From assembly GCA_007123785.1 (NCBI GenBank), contig SLGL01000480.1, positions 1 to 33,312 on the forward strand: a stretch of 33,312 bases of DNA, given 5' to 3'. Origin of the DNA: Balneolaceae bacterium (lineage in GTDB: Bacteria; Bacteroidota; Rhodothermia; Balneolales; Balneolaceae). Numbering within the stretch: the stretch's first letter is position 1; each line of letters starts with the position of its first letter. Positions 29,464-33,312 of the stretch are shown here, one piece after another. The notes under the pieces were generated by a model that ran no database searches, had not been told where the DNA came from, and saw only the letters and a program-made list of their open reading frames with translations. Position numbers and translations under genes: made by a program.

Positions 29464-29916
29464 ATGCTCTTATCAAAATCGTGTATTTACGCACTCAGGG
29501 CTTCTGTGCTGATTGCATCCAAAAAAAACGATGGTTTCATTACCATTCGCGAGCTGAGTGATGAGTTGAATATCTCGTTTCACTTTTTGACCAAGGTATT
29601 GCAGGAGTTGACTAAAGCAGAACTTCTGGAATCGTATAAGGGCCCGAATGGCGGGGTAAAACTGGCCAGGCCGGCAAACAAAATTACATTCATGGATGTC
29701 GTCGAATCTATCGATGGCGATTATATGATTAATGAATGTGTGCTTGGTTTACCCGGATGCGGAGTTATGAAACCCTGTGCGCTTCATGATCAGTGGTCAG
29801 TTTTAAAAACAGATATCATCAATATGATGAATGAGTACAATCTGGAAGCGATCGCAAAAAACAGGGAATTGCAGCGATCCTTTGAGAGGAAAAGTGCTCA
29901 ATTCGCAAATTTGTAA
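29464..29916 (+). CDS. Rrf2 family transcriptional regulator with probable Fe-S ligands
   Basis: YALRA, FLTKVLQ.L, S.KGPNGG..LAR; C-x6-C-x5-C-x2-H. Confidence 0.93.
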   Translation: MLLSKSCIYALRASVLIASKKNDGFITIRELSDELNISFHFLTKVLQELTKAELLESYKGPNGGVKLARPANKITFMDVVESIDGDYMINECVLGLPGCGVMKPCALHDQWSVLKTDIINMMNEYNLEAIAKNRELQRSFERKSAQFANL

Positions 29917-29931
29917 CCTTTTTTTGAATTA

Positions 29932-29955
29932 TTTGAAGACATAATACTCTTAAAT
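29932..29955 (+). promoter_or_regulatory. Second copy of the putative Rrf2 operator
   Basis: TTTGAAGA-cataatac-TCTTAAAT, same AAGA-N8-TCTTAA geometry, 9 nt before the cytochrome c start. Confidence 0.55.
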
Positions 29956-29964
29956 CTAATTACT

Positions 29965-30444
29965 ATGACATCTATTAAAAACCTACTCACAACATTCATT
30001 TTTTTAGTTCTGGCTTTTTCTCTAACTGCCTGCGGAGGGGAAGAGAGAGCTGACAGAGCCAGCCAGCCTGACACCCAGGAGGAAGGGTTAACAGAATTTG
30101 AACTGGAACACGGAATTGGCCCTATTACTGAAAGAATAACTCTGGATGATGAACTGGACCCTGAAAAAATTGAAAAAGGACGGAATATCTACGAGATGAA
30201 ATGTGAAATGTGTCACAATATGCAGGGGCGTATGGTAGGTCCACCGCTAGCGGGTGTTACTGAAACCCGTACTCCTGAATTTATAATGAACTTCATTCTG
30301 AACCCGCGGGAAAATATTGACAGACATCCTATCGGTCAGGCTCTACTGCGTGAATATTTAACACAAATGCCCTATCAAAATGTAAGTGAAGAAGATGCAA
30401 GAGCACTTGTTGAATTTATGCGAGACTATGATGCAAACCTTTAA
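29965..30444 (+). CDS. Monoheme c-type cytochrome lipoprotein of the nos cluster
   Basis: Lipobox LTAC; CEMCH heme motif; VGPPL; distal QMP. Confidence 0.92.
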   Translation: MTSIKNLLTTFIFLVLAFSLTACGGEERADRASQPDTQEEGLTEFELEHGIGPITERITLDDELDPEKIEKGRNIYEMKCEMCHNMQGRMVGPPLAGVTETRTPEFIMNFILNPRENIDRHPIGQALLREYLTQMPYQNVSEEDARALVEFMRDYDANL

Positions 30445-30477
30445 TGAATAACATCCAAACCACTAAAAACCAATACA

Positions 30478-32454
30478 ATGAAAAAAGATAAAACACAAAA
30501 ACTACGCAGCCTTTTTGTCGGTATAGGCTTGATTGCTGCAGCCGGACTTATCTTGGCGGGATGCCCATCCCAGCAGGGTATGATGGACACGCGGGATGCC
30601 GCCCAAAAAGTGTATGTAGCTCCGGGAGAGCACGATGAATACTACGGCTTCTTCTCGGGTGGATACAGCGGGCAGCTCAGTGTCTGGGGACTTCCTTCAG
30701 GCCGTTTTCTGAAAGTGATTCCTGTATTTTCACAGGATCCTGAAACTGGTTACGGATACTCCGAAGAGACCAAGCCACTTCTGCAAACAAGCTATGGATT
30801 TATCCCCTGGGATGATTCTCACCATCCGCATATATCACAAACCAATGGTGATGCGGACGGCCGTTGGATCTACATCAATGCAAACAATACGCCGCGAATT
30901 GCCCGTATTGACTTGCAGACATTTGAAACCAAAGAGATTCTGGAGCTTCCCAACACTGGCGGTAATCACGCTTCATCGTTTGTTACTTCCAATTCGGAGT
31001 ATGTAATCGGTGCAACTCGTTTCAGTATCCCTTATGAGATGGATCTGGACGTACCGATTGACAGTTACAGCGAGGAATTCCGCGGAGCCCTCTCTTTCAT
31101 TGAGCTGGACCCCGAGACCGGTATGATGAATATGGGCTTTCAAATCATCGTACCCCCGTATAACTACGACCTGGGCCGTGCCGGAAAAGGAGTTTCTGAG
31201 GACTGGGTCTTCTTCACCACATATAACACGGAAGAAGCTCACACCATGCTTGAGGTAAATGCGTCAAGAAATGACAAAGATTACATAGCTGCTGTTAACT
31301 GGAGACGCGCCGCCGAACTGGTTCGCAATGGTCACGGTGAAACCATGAGTGCCGAGTATTATCATAACTATTACGAAGGCAATCAGGGATTCGCAATCAA
31401 CGATGTAAAAGACCAGGTAACCGTACTTACACCGGAAGATGGCCAGGAATTCATCTACTTTCTGCCCACACCCAAATCTCCGCACGGTGTCGATATTGAT
31501 CCCACTGGAGAATACATCGCCGCAGGCGGTAAACTTGCCACTGTGATTCCGGTTCATTCGTTCAGTAGAATGATCGAAGCTATCGAAAACCGCGATTTTG
31601 AAGGAAATGTGGAAAATATCCCTATCCTGAGTTATGACGCAACCATCGCAGGTGAAGTTGAAAATCCGGGATTAGGCCCGCTTCACACCGAATTTGATGG
31701 CCGCGGCTATGCCTACACCTCGGTTTACATCTCATCAGAGATCGTAAAATGGTCTCTCGAAACCTTTGAAGTAGTTGACAGAATTGACGCCTACTACTCC
31801 ATCGGCCACCTGATGATTACCGGTGGCGACACCAAAAATCCCGATGCGCGATACCTCGTTGGCCTCACCAAGACGGCCAAAGACCGCTATTTGCCAACCG
31901 GACCAAAGCAGAACCACCCGGCTCAGCTTTATGATATTTCCGGCGACAGAATGGAACTGCTGCTTGATTTTCCAACCATTGGAGAACCGCATTACGCACA
32001 AGCAATCCGCGCTGATAAAATCACACAAAATGTGAAGCAGATTTACGAGATGGAAGAGAACGACCATCCGCATGCACTGCTGAGAATCGCCGACAACCGT
32101 GTTGAGCGGGATGGAGATGTGGTACGAATCTACATGGGTTCAACCCGAAGCCACTTCCGGCCTGATAACATCGAAGGAATTCGCGTTGGCGACACGGTAT
32201 ATATCCACCTGACGAACCTTGAGCAGGAGTGGGATGTGGTACACGGAATCGCCGTGAAAGGTGCTCAGAACTCTGAAATTCTGGTTGCACCCGGACAGAC
32301 CAAAACCCTGAAATGGGAGCCGACAAGAACCGGAATTTATCCGTTCTACTGCACGGCTTTCTGCTCGGCACTCCACCAGGAGATGCAGGGGTACATTCGG
32401 GTATCAGCGGCTGACTCGGACGTTTCCCTTGCCTGGAGAACTGGTACTAACTAA
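30478..32454 (+). CDS. nosZ: Nitrous-oxide reductase, clade II (Sec-dependent)
   Basis: Seven CuZ His (DSHH, GNH, SPHG, GPLH, IGH, EPH); CuA site H...CTAFCSALHQEM; no twin-arginine motif; no C-terminal heme domain. Confidence 0.97.
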   Translation: MKKDKTQKLRSLFVGIGLIAAAGLILAGCPSQQGMMDTRDAAQKVYVAPGEHDEYYGFFSGGYSGQLSVWGLPSGRFLKVIPVFSQDPETGYGYSEETKPLLQTSYGFIPWDDSHHPHISQTNGDADGRWIYINANNTPRIARIDLQTFETKEILELPNTGGNHASSFVTSNSEYVIGATRFSIPYEMDLDVPIDSYSEEFRGALSFIELDPETGMMNMGFQIIVPPYNYDLGRAGKGVSEDWVFFTTYNTEEAHTMLEVNASRNDKDYIAAVNWRRAAELVRNGHGETMSAEYYHNYYEGNQGFAINDVKDQVTVLTPEDGQEFIYFLPTPKSPHGVDIDPTGEYIAAGGKLATVIPVHSFSRMIEAIENRDFEGNVENIPILSYDATIAGEVENPGLGPLHTEFDGRGYAYTSVYISSEIVKWSLETFEVVDRIDAYYSIGHLMITGGDTKNPDARYLVGLTKTAKDRYLPTGPKQNHPAQLYDISGDRMELLLDFPTIGEPHYAQAIRADKITQNVKQIYEMEENDHPHALLRIADNRVERDGDVVRIYMGSTRSHFRPDNIEGIRVGDTVYIHLTNLEQEWDVVHGIAVKGAQNSEILVAPGQTKTLKWEPTRTGIYPFYCTAFCSALHQEMQGYIRVSAADSDVSLAWRTGTN

Positions 32455-32469
32455 CGCTTTACCCCTCAG

Positions 32470-32537
32470 CCCGGCGTGAAAGCCGGGTGTAGTTGATCCC
32501 AAAGCAACCCGGGTCCGGTTTCAAAACCGGATCCGGG
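32470..32537 (+). other. Two GC-rich hairpins after nosZ
   Basis: CCCGGC-gtgaaa-GCCGGG (32470-32487) and CCCGGGTCCGGTTT-ca-AAACCGGATCCGGG (32508-32537). Confidence 0.75.
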
Positions 32538-32642
32538 AATTTAAAACCGACGGTCTTTTACTTAGTGAAATCTCCCTGCCTCTAAAGAGTAAGTGAAATA
32601 AATTTCATCAAATAAAAAACTTTCAAAAGAATCATAAATAAA

Positions 32643-33236
32643 ATGAAAACTCAATCAAGAATAGCAATGGGATTAGCGGCGATGCTGCTGGCAGGCCTGT
32701 TTTATTTTCCGTTTTGGACTATCGACATGTCTGCACCACAGTATCCTGAAGGAATTGGCATGTACATTCACATTGATGATGTAACCGGCCATAAAAGGCA
32801 CGATTTACAGAGTATTAATACGCTGAACCATTACATCGGAATGGCAGAAATTCACAGAGAGGATTTCTGGGAATTTGATGTGATGCCTTGGGTCATCGGA
32901 TTTTTAATTGTTTTTGGCTTAATCGCTGCTGCTATCGGAAGCATGAAACTGGTGATTACCTGGATTATACTAATGGTGATCCTGGGAGTTGCCGGACTGG
33001 TAGATTTTTACCTGTGGGGCCACGAATACGGAAATAATTTGAGCCCGGATGCCCCGATTAAAGTACCGGGCATGACCTATCAGCCCCCGCTAATCGGATG
33101 CAAGCAGTTGCTGAATATCAATGCCTGCTCATGGCCCTATACAGGTTCTATTTTTATCGGTCTGTCGATGCTGTTTGCCGGAGGAGTCGTCTGGTATGAA
33201 AAAAAGTTTATTAACAAATCAGATGAAGATAGCTGA
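32643..33236 (+). CDS. nosB: Clade II nos membrane protein NosB
   Basis: W.I...APQYPEG, IN.LNHYIGM, YGNNL.P.APIK.PGM.YQPPLIG.KQLLN; four TM segments; directly after nosZ. Confidence 0.85.
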   Translation: MKTQSRIAMGLAAMLLAGLFYFPFWTIDMSAPQYPEGIGMYIHIDDVTGHKRHDLQSINTLNHYIGMAEIHREDFWEFDVMPWVIGFLIVFGLIAAAIGSMKLVITWIILMVILGVAGLVDFYLWGHEYGNNLSPDAPIKVPGMTYQPPLIGCKQLLNINACSWPYTGSIFIGLSMLFAGGVVWYEKKFINKSDEDS

Positions 33237-33312
33237 AAAAATTTAACAGGAATCTCCTCTCGAAAATGGTGAGGAAAATAACAAAAAATAAACCTTTGGA
33301 ATCAACATGAAC

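Noticed and set aside
1-33312. CRISPR array, prophage, transposase, rRNA or tRNA, defence island
   Set aside because: No regularly spaced repeats or recognisable genes of these kinds were seen.

Overview
Chromosomal window with no intact mobile element. Gene content and style suggest a Balneolota/Bacteroidota-group organism, probably Balneolaceae-like (inference). In order: partial comA-like phosphosulfolactate synthase, malQ and glgB (glycogen), LolC/E permease, membrane metal-dependent hydrolase, tryptophan 2,3-dioxygenase, PolX-PHP, rpmB-rpmG-DUF4295 (the last two are missing from the ORF track), a 185-bp hairpin element with terminal inverted repeats and a 5-bp flanking duplication, yqeY-cvpA-tyrS-marR, ackA, DUF3820, ABC-F ATPase, an aeRF1-like (baeRF/Balon-like) factor, an NRAMP-family transporter followed by a HExxH-peptidase/beta-propeller/beta-barrel protein, a ThuA-like protein, a DUF3347 lipoprotein, polyphosphate:AMP phosphotransferase, an internally deleted metallophosphoesterase, two alpha/beta hydrolases with atypical triads, and the start of a clade II nitrous-oxide reductase cluster (rrf2, cytochrome c, nosZ, nosB). 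The best leads are a repeated AAGA-N8-TCTTAA operator linking the Rrf2 regulator to the nos genes, the MITE/6S-like element, and the NRAMP plus peptidase-propeller-barrel pair. I cannot show from sequence alone that any of these is truly undescribed.
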